Source of the DNA: Diplonema japonicum
Lineage: Eukaryota; Protista; Euglenozoa: Diplonemea
DNA: 64,000 nucleotides
Direction of reading: 5' to 3'
Assembly: GCA_964019335.1 (NCBI GenBank)
Contig: OZ025685.1
Location: 310,001 to 374,000 of the forward strand
The notes below the pieces were generated by a model, which was not told where the DNA came from, did no database searches, and was given only the letters and a program-made list of their open reading frames with translations. Each line of letters opens with the position of its first letter. Within the stretch, counting starts at the first letter, position 1. A program made the translations under genes and the position numbers. Shown piece by piece: positions 30,938 through 44,380 of this stretch.

Positions 30938-33331
30938 ATGCCTCAAGAAGATATCTTAGCCTCTTGCCGTCCATTTATTGACTTTTATCTGACGCGTATT
31001 GCGAACAATGAACCGGGCCTGTTACAGCTTAGTTTGGTAGAGAGATACGTGGATGACTCCAGCTTATCACTCCTCGTATCTGCAATGGAAAACAACACAG
31101 AGGTGAAAACGCTGAACCTGTCCGGGAACCTTTTAACCGACAAAAGCATGAAGGTCCTATGGGAAGCTTTGAAGGACAAGGCGCAGATCGAGGTGCTCAT
31201 TCTCGACGGGAACAATGGTATCACGGATGAAGGCTGCCTTTTGGCCATCCGGCTTCTAAACCAAAACAGCTCCATTCGACAATGCTCTATAAACTGCCAG
31301 AATATCTCAAAATGCGTCGCTCAAGAACTTTCAGACGCCGTATTGCGGAACAGTTTTCCAGCGGAATATAAAAAAGCAATTTTGAGCCTGGAACCCGATA
31401 GAAACCCACCTTTAAGCATCGATATATCCGGTGCAAACAAGACCAACCTGGCAGGTCTTTCCATGCTTCGAAAAGGGTTGTTGAAAAACAACAGCGTAAC
31501 ACAGCTGAATGTATCAGGATGTTGCAAAGGCGAAAAAGCTGTCGAGGAACTGGCTGACATCATTAAACACCACGAAAAACTATCTGAAATCGCAGTCGCG
31601 TCAAGCGGCATAACCGACAAGGGTGCAAAGCTTTTATGCGATGCCTTAAAAGAAAACACCACAATTACGGATCTGGACATGACGGACAACGAAATAGGCG
31701 ATTCCGGTGCAAAGCACCTCATCGACTTGGTTATGCAGAACGAGATGCTTTCTCACATCCTGCTTAACAAAAACAATGTAACCCCATCTCGCCGTTCGCA
31801 GGTGGTTCATTCGTTGCTTTTAAACTCCCAACCGCTCAAACTTAAACAAGCCTACGAGCCTTTGTATCTAAACTCATCAAAGATTACCAGCGTCATAATC
31901 GATGGTAACACTCCCTCCGCTTCCGGAAAGCTTTTAAACAACATCTCTTGCAGGGTTCTCTCAAATTGTTTGGACGGAAACACCACTGTGCGCACGTTGA
32001 AGCTTCCAAACAACAGAATCGGCGATGACGGTGCCATATTACTATCATTGCTGTTGATTCGTAACCAGGTAATCGAAACCGTCGATCTACGTGGGAACAC
32101 CATAACGAAGAAGGGCGCCGCACATTTTGGAAAAGCTCTTTCCAGCAACACGACCGTTAGAATATGCGATCTTTCCGACCAAGTACCCGAGAAGATCGCG
32201 GAGAGCGATCTCAAGGAGGTCAAGAGACAGCTGGAACTAAACGCGGAACCCCTTGCCCTGAAACGCCTCATCCCGCTTCTTCACGCAAACGACCCCTCCG
32301 TCACCGTCGTCGATCTGACAACATTCGACTCCTCACGAACACCATCAGAACGAACATGCTCGCTTCTTACCGATGCTTTAAAGACGAACACACATGTTAC
32401 TGAGATTACCGTTCCTGATAATCCGCAGATGGGGAAGATTGGTTTGAAACAGCTTTTAGATGTTGTGGCAGTCGGTCAGCCACCAGTGGTCACACTTCGG
32501 CTTTGTGGAATGGGTTTGACTGATGCAGACGGGCCGCTTATCACGAATCTTATTAAGAATTCCAAAAAGCTGCAGGTTTTGGACCTTTCGCAGAATTCGT
32601 TCTCGGCCGTGTCGGACTGGACGGCGCAGCTCTTGGAGGTCAACCACACCTTGCAGGACATCATCCTGACCGGCTCGGTGGCGAACGCCGACCCGGAAGA
32701 AATCAACCGCTTGAAAATGGTACTGTCGATCAACACCCAACCCCTCGAACTGAAGAAAATCATATTAAGAGTGTATGGCAACGACCCAACCCTGAAAGAA
32801 ATCTCACTTCTTGAATATGAGGGGTCCAAGCATGGTGGGAGTTATAGGTACAGAAGGAGGTACGATTGCAAGTCAGCCTTGCTTCTTGGGGATGCGCTGG
32901 CGGAGAATAAACACGTCAAGAAGCTGGATTTGTCATACAATTCTATCAGGGAGGAGGGTGCGAAGGCCTTGGGGAACATGTTGCTGTACAACCGTTCCTT
33001 GACCACGTTGAACATCTCGCACAATTATGTCAACGATGCCGGGCTTCTTGCCATTTCTGATGCGCTGTTGACAAACCCTTGTCTTGGTTGCATTGTCACC
33101 GATGGGAACCTTTCTGTCAAGCCGTCTACTCGGAAGCAGCTTAATCTTTCGACGTGTCATAACAGCCACACAGCCGCCGAGGCCTACTGCATCACCACCA
33201 CCCTCGCCAAGGGGATGTCTTGTGAAACAGAGATCGCCGCCGCGATCACCTCCGACGCATTGGCGCAGTACAAGGTCCCCGTGTCGCTGAGGTCTACTAT
33301 GGGCAAGTTTAATGAACAGGTGTATATGTGA
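30938..33331 (+). CDS. RI-like leucine-rich repeat protein (NLRC3/tropomodulin-type LRRs)
   Basis: Repeated LxLxxNxIGDxGA and NxxLxxL motifs, organised in about five modules. Confidence 0.85.
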   Translation: MPQEDILASCRPFIDFYLTRIANNEPGLLQLSLVERYVDDSSLSLLVSAMENNTEVKTLNLSGNLLTDKSMKVLWEALKDKAQIEVLILDGNNGITDEGCLLAIRLLNQNSSIRQCSINCQNISKCVAQELSDAVLRNSFPAEYKKAILSLEPDRNPPLSIDISGANKTNLAGLSMLRKGLLKNNSVTQLNVSGCCKGEKAVEELADIIKHHEKLSEIAVASSGITDKGAKLLCDALKENTTITDLDMTDNEIGDSGAKHLIDLVMQNEMLSHILLNKNNVTPSRRSQVVHSLLLNSQPLKLKQAYEPLYLNSSKITSVIIDGNTPSASGKLLNNISCRVLSNCLDGNTTVRTLKLPNNRIGDDGAILLSLLLIRNQVIETVDLRGNTITKKGAAHFGKALSSNTTVRICDLSDQVPEKIAESDLKEVKRQLELNAEPLALKRLIPLLHANDPSVTVVDLTTFDSSRTPSERTCSLLTDALKTNTHVTEITVPDNPQMGKIGLKQLLDVVAVGQPPVVTLRLCGMGLTDADGPLITNLIKNSKKLQVLDLSQNSFSAVSDWTAQLLEVNHTLQDIILTGSVANADPEEINRLKMVLSINTQPLELKKIILRVYGNDPTLKEISLLEYEGSKHGGSYRYRRRYDCKSALLLGDALAENKHVKKLDLSYNSIREEGAKALGNMLLYNRSLTTLNISHNYVNDAGLLAISDALLTNPCLGCIVTDGNLSVKPSTRKQLNLSTCHNSHTAAEAYCITTTLAKGMSCETEIAAAITSDALAQYKVPVSLRSTMGKFNEQVYM

Positions 33332-33483
33332 GGAAGAAGGAAAAAAAAAAAAAAATGATGCATTTTCATGCGTTCTTTATTAGAGTTTTTTCTTCTTCTT
33401 TTTTGTTCCCTCCAAAAAAAAGAAAAAAAAAGAGAAAAAAAAAAAAAAAAAGAAGGAAAACAAAAAAAGAACAAAAAAAAAAA

Positions 33484-33514
<31 letters not shown>

Positions 33515-33539
33515 TTTGGAAAAAAAAAAGTAGGAGAAA

Positions 33540-35556
33540 ATGGACGCGTTTAAAAAGCTTATCGGGAAGAAGAATCCCATACTGGATCTTGTCGAGGATG
33601 CGACAAGCGAGCTGCTGCTGAACCCTGCATGGGAGAAGAACCTCGCTGTCTGCGATGTGATAAACAGCAAACTCGAAAGCGCCAAAGAGGTTGTAAACTA
33701 TATCAAGAAGCGAGCGGCGACCTCGAACACGAAGGTGCAATACCTCTCTGTCGTACTTCTGGAGACGTGCATCAAGAACGGGGGGAAGCGCTTTCAGCAC
33801 GAGCTTGCTGCCAGCCAAGGAATACGGGACGAGCTGATAAAGATCGCGCTAAAGGGGGGCTCTGCGGAAATCCTTGCCTCAGCTGACCAGGCGAAAAAAA
33901 TCCTTCAAAACTTCAAATACGGCCCCCCCGGCGTCGCGCCCTGGGCCCACATTGCACAACAACGAGGCGTGGCCTTCCACGGCGTGCCTGTAGAAGACTG
34001 GGCGTCCATGGTTGGGAGCGGAGAGGACATTGCGAACAATCCGAGAAATTACCATGAGGAGGTATGGCTTGTTTAAAAAAGAAAATACACACACACACAC
34101 TAGGTGAACACCACCGCCGGTGCTGCCACCACTACGAGAGTGCGCCCTCCCACCAACCCCGGCACCGCCAACGAGGCCGAAATCGAGCAGCAACGGCAAA
34201 TCTTGGCGCAAATTCAAGCCCAGAACACCACGCGGAGACAGCAGCAGCAGCACCACCACCAACACCACCACCACCACCAGCACCAACAGCAACCACAGCA
34301 GCAACAGGTGTACGCACAGCAACAACCGACGGCGCCCCAGAGCCCCATGATCGTGACAGGCCCCGACGGCAGGCAGATGCTAGTCCAGCCCATCGCCCCA
34401 GGGACGGCCGTCAGAGGCGCCGTGCATGCTCCCCCTGCGATGAACCAGGCCATTTACCAACAGATGCAACATCAGCAACACCACCATCACCACCACCACC
34501 ACCACCACCACCATCATCACCAGCAACAGCAACAGCAACAGCAGCGTCATGTTGACCCTGCTGTCAGGGAGCAGCAGATGCGTGCGGCGCAGGCAGAGCA
34601 AGAGGCAAAGCTTGCCGAGGACCTCTCTAGCGTGCCGTACTTGGTATGATGTCTTAACCTTCCTTACCACCCATTACAGGTGTCGCTGATGAAGGAAATG
34701 CTCGACACAGCGGGGCAGGAGAACAAGGAGCCCATCGAGATAAAGAACGACGAGGTGATCGGGCAGCTTGCGGAGAACCTGCGCAGCATACAAGGCAGGG
34801 TGAGCCACGTGCTGGAGCATGGGGGCGGCGGGGACAACCTGGAAGTGCTGCTGCAGCACAACGACAGCCTGGTGGAGATCCTTGAGAGGTACGCGATGGT
34901 GTCGGGCGGTGTGGGGGTCCCTGTGGACCCTGGTCTCGTGATGCCGCAGAGGGAGCAATCCCCAGCGCATGGGAGGAGCGAAGCACAGCAGCAACAGGTA
35001 TGTTGAAATGCGTTAGATACATACATACACCAACAGGCACCGGTTCCTGTTGCGCAACCAGCAGGAGAGGCTCCCGTGCCTGTGGGCACGGCTGCAGTGG
35101 CGGTGCCTGCACCGATCGAGACACCACCTACGCAGACGCTGGATGATATTTTTTCGATGCCTGCTGCTGCACCTCAGGCAGCCACCCCTGAGCACCCCGA
35201 TGCTATGGAGATGACTGACAGGCCGGCAGGCAACCAGGAGGGCTTCAATGTGCAAGAGACAGCGGCCAACACGTTGGACTTCAGCCAGGAGTACATTCCC
35301 GTTGTTCCTGAAACAGCGCCTGGCGCGCCCGCACCTGTTGAGGCGCAAGCTGTCGAGACCCCTGCCCCTGAAACCTCCGCAACAGAGGAGAATCCTTTCC
35401 TCCAGCAGCCCTCCAGCCCTGGCAACCCATTGGCCAGAATTCAGCCGCAGCCACAGCAGGAGGTATGTTAAAATGGGTGTTAAAAAAGATTTTTTTTTAT
35501 AGACCGACCTTGACTTCGACAGCTTCCTTAACAACAGGATGCAGCCTGTGTCCTAA
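33540..35556 (+). CDS. TOM1-like VHS-GAT endosomal adaptor; 5 exons (33540-34061, 34104-34643, 34680-34997, 35037-35462, 35503-35556)
   Basis: VHS: LVEDATSELL..P.W..N..VCDVIN, LLETCIKNGG..F. GAT-like: LEVLLQHNDSL..ILERY. Four phase-0 GTATG..AG introns join the ORFs. Last exon DFDSFLNNR resembles the TOM1 C-terminus. Confidence 0.8.
34240..34548 (+). repeat. CAC/CAG trinucleotide repeats encoding poly-His/poly-Gln tracts
   Basis: Two QQQHHH.. tracts in exon 2 of the VHS-GAT gene. Confidence 0.9.
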
Positions 35557-35669
35557 GAGGGTGATTGATTAAAGGAAATTGGGAGCAATGCAGTGACGAA
35601 TATGAAGTTTGAGAATAAAAAAATTTAAAAAAAAAAATAAACCTGCTTTCACTGGGGAACGCGAAGAGG

Positions 35670-35702
<33 letters not shown>

Positions 35703-35894
35703 AAATATCTTTCTTCCCCCTTTTTTTTCTTTTTTTTTTTTTTTTTGCTTACAACAAAAAACAAAACTAGTGTGTGATTTTATTTGTGGTTGGGTTTGCT
35801 AACAGTTCTCCCTCCTTCATAGTGATTCCTTCCGACGTTCTGTTTTAGGGGGGGGGGGGGAGGGGGACTACACGATAGCAGGGCTCTTTTAAAA

Positions 35895-35931
<37 letters not shown>

Positions 35932-36043
35932 TAATAACTACTCCATCCCTTCCCAAATTCGGTGAATCGTATTGCTTTTCTCTCCATATTCTTTTCCCCC
36001 CGCTTCTTTTGAAGCCCTTCCTCCATCTGGCTGTTTTCTTTTT

Positions 36044-36075
<32 letters not shown>

Positions 36076-37038
36076 CCTTCGCATTATACAACACATGCGT
36101 GTTCAGGGTTACCGATTCCCCGGGGGAGGGTTTTTTTAGTAAAGAGTTTTTAGTAAGGACTTAACTGAACTGCCTTTGACAAAAAAGGGGGTTGGATAAA
36201 ACCTTTTGGATTACCGTGATATATATAAAAAAAAAAAGAAATCTTTAACTTCCTTGCTTTCGCTCTCTTTCTTTCCTTTTTTTTTTTTTTTTTTTTTACT
36301 CTGTTCGATAACTCTTTTATTATTCCCCCCCCTTCTACCTTAATGATTTGAGTGGGATTTAGCATGTGGGTGCGAGTTAGCGCTGAAGCAGTGTATTGTT
36401 TTTTTTTTTTTTTTCTCCCCTTTTAAAGTGCGGCACAAATTCTCCTTTTTTCTTGTTTACACGTTACGCTTTGTTCAGCCTTTTTTTTTTTTTTTTTTGG
36501 CCCTCCACTAACCTTTTAAATAAGAAAAAAAAAAAGAAGGAAAAAAAAACTTTTAATTTTTTTTTTTTTTTACTTCCCTGAAAGAAAGAAAAGGAAGGTG
36601 ATAAAGGAGAAAGAACAAAAAAAAAAAAGAAACCTGGAGAAAGGAGGAGAACAGAAAAAAAGGGGGAGAAAAAAAAAGTATTGGACGGGGTGTGCGTGTG
36701 TTGTGAGCAGAGTAAGTGAGCATGAGAACGAAGGGAAAGACCCCCCTCCCCCCCCCCTTAATTTAAAAAACCAGAAAAAAAGGCTTAATCCCACCACCCA
36801 GTTTTCAGAACATTCCCCGCACGTTATTTAAAAAAAAAAGTTTTTTTTTTCCTGATCCACCACCGCTCGTCTCTGTTTTCACCTCCTGCCCTATCCCCCC
36901 TACCATCTTGCAGGCAATTTTTTTTATTCTCTCCCATCCCCCCCCCCCCCCCCCCCCCCATTTCCCCCCCTTTTTTTATTCTCTTGGATTCAAACAAATA
37001 ATTCAGTACCATATCTATCTCATTGGGGGGGGAAAAAA

Positions 37039-37932
37039 ATGCTCAAATCGACGCCAGCTAAAACCCACCGAAAATGGAAACCACGGATGTCCCGTGAGGA
37101 AGTGCACAGCAGGATTGCCCAAGAGGCAGAAAAAGCAGGTATCACCACGGACGAGATGTACACAGCAAGGGTTGCCTATAAGAGATTGATATACACGTTC
37201 GTCTCGGCGTTGCACGAGAAAACAAAAATGAGCCAATTCGTGGGCTATGTTGCATGTGTGTTGTTCTCAGATGTCACGCTGCCCGGCGACGACAGGGGGT
37301 ACAGCATCACTGAAGATGTCCATCCTGAAATATTACTTGCCGTATGCACCTGGATGGCCGGAAAGCTTGAGTACTGCATGGTACAACTACAGGGCATCCA
37401 TAAAATGTGGGTGCGGTTAATGGTGAAGACCCATGGGAAGGGTGTCACTGACTACTGCAACACGTGTGGTCCTCAAGCTGCATTTACGACTGTAGAATAT
37501 TTCTTGCTGGAGCACTTCGCGGACAGTTTGGATGTACCCCACCCCTTTGGAATCCTGCGGTATTTGGATTCCCTTGTGGAGTCACAGTCGCAGCTTTGTT
37601 TCACTGCGAACCAGATAATTTATGACATGTCGCTCACCGACCTCCCTCTCTACACCCCGCCTTCTATCCTTGCAATTGTTGCGTTGCAGCGTGCTGCCGT
37701 GTTGTCCTCCACACCGGTATCGGCTGTCGATCCTTCAGTGCTGCTTCCTTCGGAGCATTTTGAAACGCACCCCGACCGAGGGCTGCACGTTGAGAAGATC
37801 TTACAAACCCACAGGGACCTGTCCGAGTTCTACTCCATCACCAGCAGGTTCACCAGAGACGACGAGATGTCCCTCCATGCTACCCTACGGGACGCCATGA
37901 AACGTCAAGCCCCCCGCCCTCTGTGCATCTAG
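37039..37932 (+). CDS. Cyclin, transcriptional type (cyclin C/H/L-like)
   Basis: LLAVCTWMAGKLE, EYFLLE...LDVPHPF and TDLPLYTPPSILAIVAL are cyclin-box signatures. Confidence 0.75.
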   Translation: MLKSTPAKTHRKWKPRMSREEVHSRIAQEAEKAGITTDEMYTARVAYKRLIYTFVSALHEKTKMSQFVGYVACVLFSDVTLPGDDRGYSITEDVHPEILLAVCTWMAGKLEYCMVQLQGIHKMWVRLMVKTHGKGVTDYCNTCGPQAAFTTVEYFLLEHFADSLDVPHPFGILRYLDSLVESQSQLCFTANQIIYDMSLTDLPLYTPPSILAIVALQRAAVLSSTPVSAVDPSVLLPSEHFETHPDRGLHVEKILQTHRDLSEFYSITSRFTRDDEMSLHATLRDAMKRQAPRPLCI

Positions 37933-38028
37933 ATTATTACCATAATTTATTTTATTTTATTATTTTTTTTTTTCAAAAATATATAAAAAAAAAAAAAAAC
38001 TGTATTCCGATTTCAGGGGCATGACGCA

Positions 38029-41000
38029 ATGCCGAGTTCAATGGGTTCCTTTAGAGGCCGGGGTGCCACCGGGTCCACTACCACGTACGGGACGATGGAT
38101 GCAGCAGAGATGTGCGTTCGAGGTGTGTCCGATGAAGAATCAGATGAAATGGAAGTGTACTCTGGTGTCGGGCACGGTGTGCTGAGGGTAGGCCTCATTG
38201 TGTCCACAGCGTTGCTATTTTTAAACCCCGGAGGGACGAGCATGGCCCAGCTGTGCGTGGTCGGGTGTATGTTGATGTACCTGAGGAAGCCGTTGGGATG
38301 GCCGAACAGCAGAAAGAAGCTCGCGCTGGCAATCCTCGCGATACCTTCAGTCGTCGGAACGATATTGATCCTGTACGCGAAGGGTCCGTTGTACCTTCAC
38401 CTGCCGCAACTCTCTCTGTTAACGGTTTTGTTCCTCACCGCCCGATCGTCCGAGCAAAGGGCAACGTGTTTCAACTGCAAGTTTTTCTTCGGGATCTGCT
38501 CCGTTGTGCTGCCTGGTGCCTTCGCTCTATCCAAGCCCTCTATCGCAGCGATCCCGTTCATCGCCATATTTACTATGACTCTGACGAACATGATGGATCC
38601 CGGGTGGAGCCACAGTGGCACGTGGCTTCGAGGGAAACAAGATTTACTATGTTTCCTTACACTGTGCGTTGAAATGGGGCACGCGGCGTGGTCGGGGGGT
38701 TCAATGTGTTACGGCGCACCGCAACGATTCATTTTAGGCCCCCCGCTGTGCTCAGACGATAACCTCCTCCCTGTGATGATCCACTACGTGGCAGGAGCGG
38801 CCATCATTTGCGGGTTTTCATATATAGAAGGCGTGGGAACAATTGCCTGTGATTTCCAACCGTCTTACGTTATGTACACGGTAGTGTGTTCAGTGTGTGG
38901 GTACGGGCTTGTGGTGAAGGGGATCGAGGCTGCGGTTTCTCTAGGCATCACGTTGATCGCACTAAACACGTGCATCCGACCCACGAGGGGGCCGTCGGGG
39001 AACATGTTGCCAACAATTTCAATGTTGCTACTAATGTTTGTCTCGCTAGTGCTGCCGCTTTGGGTGTACTTCACATCGATTCTAAATGAAACCGCCAGCG
39101 GGGCCACCACCGGGGTTCGCTGTGCTTGGCTGTTCACGAACTACGGGCTGGCTGCAGTGCTGCACAGATCCGCTATATCAACGGTTCACAGGGACGGCCT
39201 GATGTCTCCTTCCAGATGGGACGATCCGGAGCCGGCTGATCCGTTTTGTTTTTTAGTGTCGTGCTCTGATCTGCAGTACTACCTGACCGATTACTGGTAC
39301 GAACGGACGCCGATGGGAATATCTAAAATCGCGGCCTTGGCGTGTTTCTTTTTCGAAGGCGCTGCCGTTCCCGACGTGCCCCACACGGTGCTCCTCCTTC
39401 CGTCATGCTGGGTATTCATCAACCCCAAGGTCACCCAACGGCAGTGGTCTTTCTTGATATACACTGCAGAGGCTGTCGCGTTGTTCTGCTACGTCGATGG
39501 ATGGGTGGTGACCTCCTCCGACTGGTTCGACGACACCTTTGTGAAGCCTTACGAGTCCGGAAGGATCCGGGGTTTTGCAACCATCATCATTGGGATCTGC
39601 CTGGCGGTCCACCACTCCTCGGTCATGGGGGACCGTAGCACCCGCGATGCACGGTACACTGTGGACTTCCGGCTTCCTGAATGGGCTATGGTGACTGCGT
39701 GCTTGTTATCGCTCCTTAATGCATCCCTGTGGTGCCCTCCCAACTGTGTTTTGCTCCCTGCGTCTTTGGGGCTCCTTGCTGTGGGTGGTTGCGTCATGGC
39801 GGACAATACTGTTACGCGGCATAGGTGGTTCATCGGTTTGACGGCTTGCTTGACTACTGTTTCCGCGGTAACGCTTTTCGCTGCAAGGTTCAACTCCACC
39901 ATCTACGCAAGGGTCCGTGATGTCGCGTGGTTTTCGCGGAGGCAGAACATCCCGGAGCTGCCCGGGTACCTGCCGTGGTTCCTCGCCGCGGCTTCGTACT
40001 GCTATACTTACAAACGGTTTTCATTCTCTCCAACAAAACACCCAAAATGCACACCCGCTCCTTTTTGGGCCCCCGTGGCCATCTCCAGCTGCATCGCACC
40101 GCTCTCTCTCTTCATCGCGTCTATGTACGGGACCTCAGGAAGCATCGCCAGCGGGATGTATTTCGCCATCTGTCTGTCGACAGCTCTTTCACGGTATAAA
40201 ATGCTTGTGGTGTATGTGACCGGCGAGGAGTTAACGAGTTTTTCGTTATCCCATTTGACATTGATGATAGTGGCGCCGGTGTTCTTCCTAGGGAACCGTG
40301 TCTTTATCCCAACACGGAGCTACTGGATGTTCGTTCCGATCGAGTTGACGTACCATGAGTGGGCGACGAGCAGCCTCGGCAGCGATACACAGCTGACTCT
40401 GGATAGTATTGTGCCTCACATCACTGTGCTCATTGTTGGGTTGCTAGAGAGGTGGAGCTGGATCCAAAAGGCACCGTGGAACAACTCCAAGATCGGCCCC
40501 GACATGCTGTACCGCGTCATGTACGAGGTCCTCCTCGTCGCCCTCCTGTTGTCCGCCATGTTTGAGGACCCGCTTCAGGCGATGGCCTCGCTTTCTATCG
40601 CCGTTTATGCCTGTCAAAAGGGTTGCAGGGAGCTCCCCAACAACATGTTTGTCCCGACCGCTGTTTTCTTCTTCTTCCTTGTCTCGGGATGTCTCACATA
40701 CTTTCTCTCCCCCAGCTCCTACAGCGACCTTGCCCTGCACTTCAGTGTTACTCTCACTGTTGCTGCATTCTGCGCTGCAGCTTCCACATTCTACGAGACA
40801 GGGGACACATTAAACGAAGACTACACGTACCACCTCATCCAGAACAAGGAAGTTATCGACCAAGAACGCGCCAAGGGTGAGAGTGGCGACCTCCACAAGA
40901 AGAACGCTCTCGACATCACCACAGACACGCTTAGCACGCCTGTCAAAGGCCTCGCGTCTGTAATGCCGTATTTTCTGCTTCTGGTTGTCTTCTTTGACGG

Positions 41001-44000
41001 TGCTCTGCAGTACAGGCAGACGGAAGAAGGCGGCTTGGTTCCCCTCAGCTTCACGGAAGTCGCGCGTGTGTTGTTTGCCGTCATTCAGATCCCATCGTTG
41101 GACCAGTCGGTGTGGCGGGGCAACAATGACTGGTGTTACTCTCACGGCTTGTACGTGTTACTCCTGTTCTGGTGGCTGCTCGACCAAGCCAGCGTTATTC
41201 CGGTGAGCTTCTCTGAGAACGGCGGGACAGTCACATCAGGGCTGCTCATCTGCGCGGTTCTATGGCGATGGGGGAGGTTCATGGACTCGAAGACGTGGGG
41301 AGAGGTACTGTTGTTCATGCACGATGTGGGAAAGCACAGCAAGAGCGAGGCCACCAGAATCGAGGAAATAAGGAAGCGAAACTTGAGCACGGCTCATAAA
41401 AGAGCAGTCGCGATGAAGAAGCGAAGGCTGCAGGCGTTGCACGTGCTGTTGAAGCAGAAAACAATGTTGACGCAGGCCATGAACAAGCTGTTCTTTAAAA
41501 ACGCGGAAACACCACCGTTGCAGCCAGAAATGCAACCGCTTCCAATGGACGTGAGGTCTGAGGCCCCGACGGCTGCTGTGCCGTGGTTCCCCACTCTGTG
41601 CAGCGGGGTGTTGCAAATATCGTACAAACCCCGCACGCCGGAAGACGTTCAAGAAATGCTTGAAACAAACGGGTACTTCAGCACGGTGGGGAACATCCTA
41701 CACGACATGGTATTAAGCCTCTGCGCCGAAGGGATATACCTAGGCACTGCCTGCCACTTCATATCCAACCCATGCTTCTTCACGTTGCTTCCTTTCGCGA
41801 CAGTACTCCTGTACGCAATGTGTTCTTCCCCTCAACCAATGTCAGGCTACTGGCGGTGGATGATATGGTCCTACCAAGCGCTCATCTTCGCGAAGTCGAT
41901 CTTACTGTGTTTCTTCATGAAGAAGGGATCGGTTTTGAACAGCAACTCGTCGTTAGTTTTGATGTTCGGCTGGCGGACATCGTTACAAGCCGATGGGGAG
42001 CTCAAACTGGTACAGTTCGTGTTCTGGGAAACACTGCTTCTCTCAATGTTGTTGTTGCACCGATACGCCTTGACAAACGTATGGGGCCTGTGGGGGAACA
42101 TGGGCGACAGAATGATCCCCGTGAACGGGAAGTTGGACAATACGTTTTTAAATCTTGCGGAAGGGGCCATGTTGAAGGACTCTCACTGTGATATGTACAA
42201 CACGAAATATGCGGTTTGCGGTGGAGTGCAAGTCACGACCGATATCACATTGGGGGGTACCGCCGTTCAATTCGCTGCCCAAGGGAGCTCCGAGGTCCCC
42301 GCTGCATTAAACAGAAAACAGCGAAGAATCTGGCGGAACCTCTTCAACACAATGGAGAAGTTCGGCGCTGACTTGTACGCCCCCGCCTTCGTGGTCGACC
42401 TCACTGCGTGGGTCGTGCTTCTCGTCGGGTTCTCCGCCATCATGGGCTCCAACGAAGGCATCGCGGAGTCCATTAAAAACAACCTCCTCCCTGGATCGTT
42501 GGTTCTGGCTCTTTTCGTGCTGTTCTTGGTCATGGTGTCCGACCGTATTGTATACTTGCTGAGGTCTTTGTATTTGAAGACGTTCCTTCACGTTTTCCTA
42601 ACAGCGGCGTACTTGCTGTCGTACGTGTGGTGGTGTTATTCACATGTTACAAGCTTCGGTGTCGTGTCGCGGGGTACAACAGGCGAGCAGCCCGCGCTTG
42701 TTTTGCAACTCTTCTGCGCGCTCAAGATGCTGTGTCTCGCCTTCTCCGCTTTGCAGGTCCGGTATGGGTATCCGGACTTTGTACAGTCTCATTTCTTCGC
42801 GTGGAAGCACAGCTCCCCGTGGCTGGTTCTGTACACGGTCTACAGAGCCGTGCCCTTCCTCTTCGAGTTCCGGTCTGTCCTCGACTGGACCTTCACAAAG
42901 ACATCGTTGAAGATGGCGTATTGGCTACGATTGGAGGACATCACACACGAGATTCATGTGTGCCTCTGTGACCGCCACGACACGAAGAAGCTTGAGGAGG
43001 AGAGGAAGATATCGGTCGAGATCCACACGGAGGACTTCAAGAAGAATCTTCACCCACAGATACCAGAAAACGAGAAGAAGCAAATGGTGGACGAACACCG
43101 CAAACTTCTCGAATCCAACAGGGTGTACCCCAAAACGTTGAAGTGCCGCTCCGGTGCCGCGCTGCTCTGCACGCTGTCGGTCATCTTGTTCTTTCCCTTG
43201 ATGTGGTACTCCAGCATCGGCCCGGCGTTGGTGGAAGACTTCATCTCGGAGTCGAGTTTTGATATCTCGCTGAGCTCGGACGGAGTCGGGTACGGGACAC
43301 TGTACCAGGAGAAGTTTGAACTGTCGGAACTCACACAAAAAAAAGGTTTATCACTGTCGCTTCCTGTTCAATGGACACGTGCGCTGGAGTCGACACGGCC
43401 TAACCTAGCTGGGTTTGGCCTGTCGTACGGCGGCACCAAAACAGTTCAGGTCATACCGTTCATTGAAGGCGCTTCGACGTTGTGGGGGATTTCTGACATG
43501 GCGCGGACCCGGTTGGAACAAGCCGCCTTGAAACAAAACTCCACCATGACCATTATCGTTAGAATATCCGTCAAACGCCCTGCAGCTCCGATGCGATCGC
43601 AATGGGTCCAAGACGAACAGCGACGCACGCTGTCCGGAACGGAGCTCCAGGGTTTGCGAGCGGTTCTGAACGGGACACAACGAAGCTTCGAGCTCCCGTT
43701 GCTGTACACCCCGTTTCTGTTCAACAGGGTCGAGGCGTTGGGGAGGTTCAGCGATGGTGACAGCAACAAGATAAGCTGTACAATGGGCCTTCAAATGGGG
43801 TACTGGAACGCATCGTGCAGAACTATATTTGAAATGGGAAACCCCCCCGGCATCGCCAACTCGTCTGGAATGGGTGATTTCCCACTGACACCTGCGGAAA
43901 GAAACTGCATTCACGCATCGGTCTATGAAGCCACTGAAATCTGCAAGGGGCTTGGATACTCGAACCCGTCATCCCCACAGCGAAGCGCCACGTCTGGGCC

Positions 44001-44380
44001 GTACGCAATTGCGATTTCTGATCTGATAGCATCCGGGAGTATGTCTGTCATCATACCATCTTTGGGTGTTGTTGCATTGTACACTACCTTCGTCCTCGCT
44101 GTGGGAAGGATCTTGAGGGCTTCCTTGACAGGTGATGCCTCGAAGTTGCACCTTACCGATTTGGATTCACCTGAGTCTGTTTACACGTTGATTGATTACA
44201 TCCGTATGGCACGCGTTGAGGGGGATCTTGAAATAGAGCATGGGTATGGAGGGAGAGGGATAATGAAATATATAATAATACAGGTTGTATAAGGAACTAG
44301 TGTACTTGCTCCGAACACCTGAAGCCATGCGGCAGTGGACCCTGAAACCTTTGACACCAGTTCCATCTACGCCTATGTAA
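38029..44380 (+). CDS. PIEZO: Piezo mechanosensitive channel; 2 exons (38029-44243, 44284-44380)
   Basis: Many TMs; DRIVYL, SALQVRYGYP, PFLFEFRSVLDWT (PFEW motif), WLRLEDI, IIPSLGVVALYTTFVLAVGR, YIRMAR; removing intron 44244-44283 restores the terminal LYKELVYLLRTPE...WT. Confidence 0.92.

Noticed and set aside
21118-30974. Many 60-230-aa ORFs rich in poly-F/poly-K on both strands
   Set aside because: They are translations of poly(T)/poly(A) intergenic tracts with no protein-like complexity.
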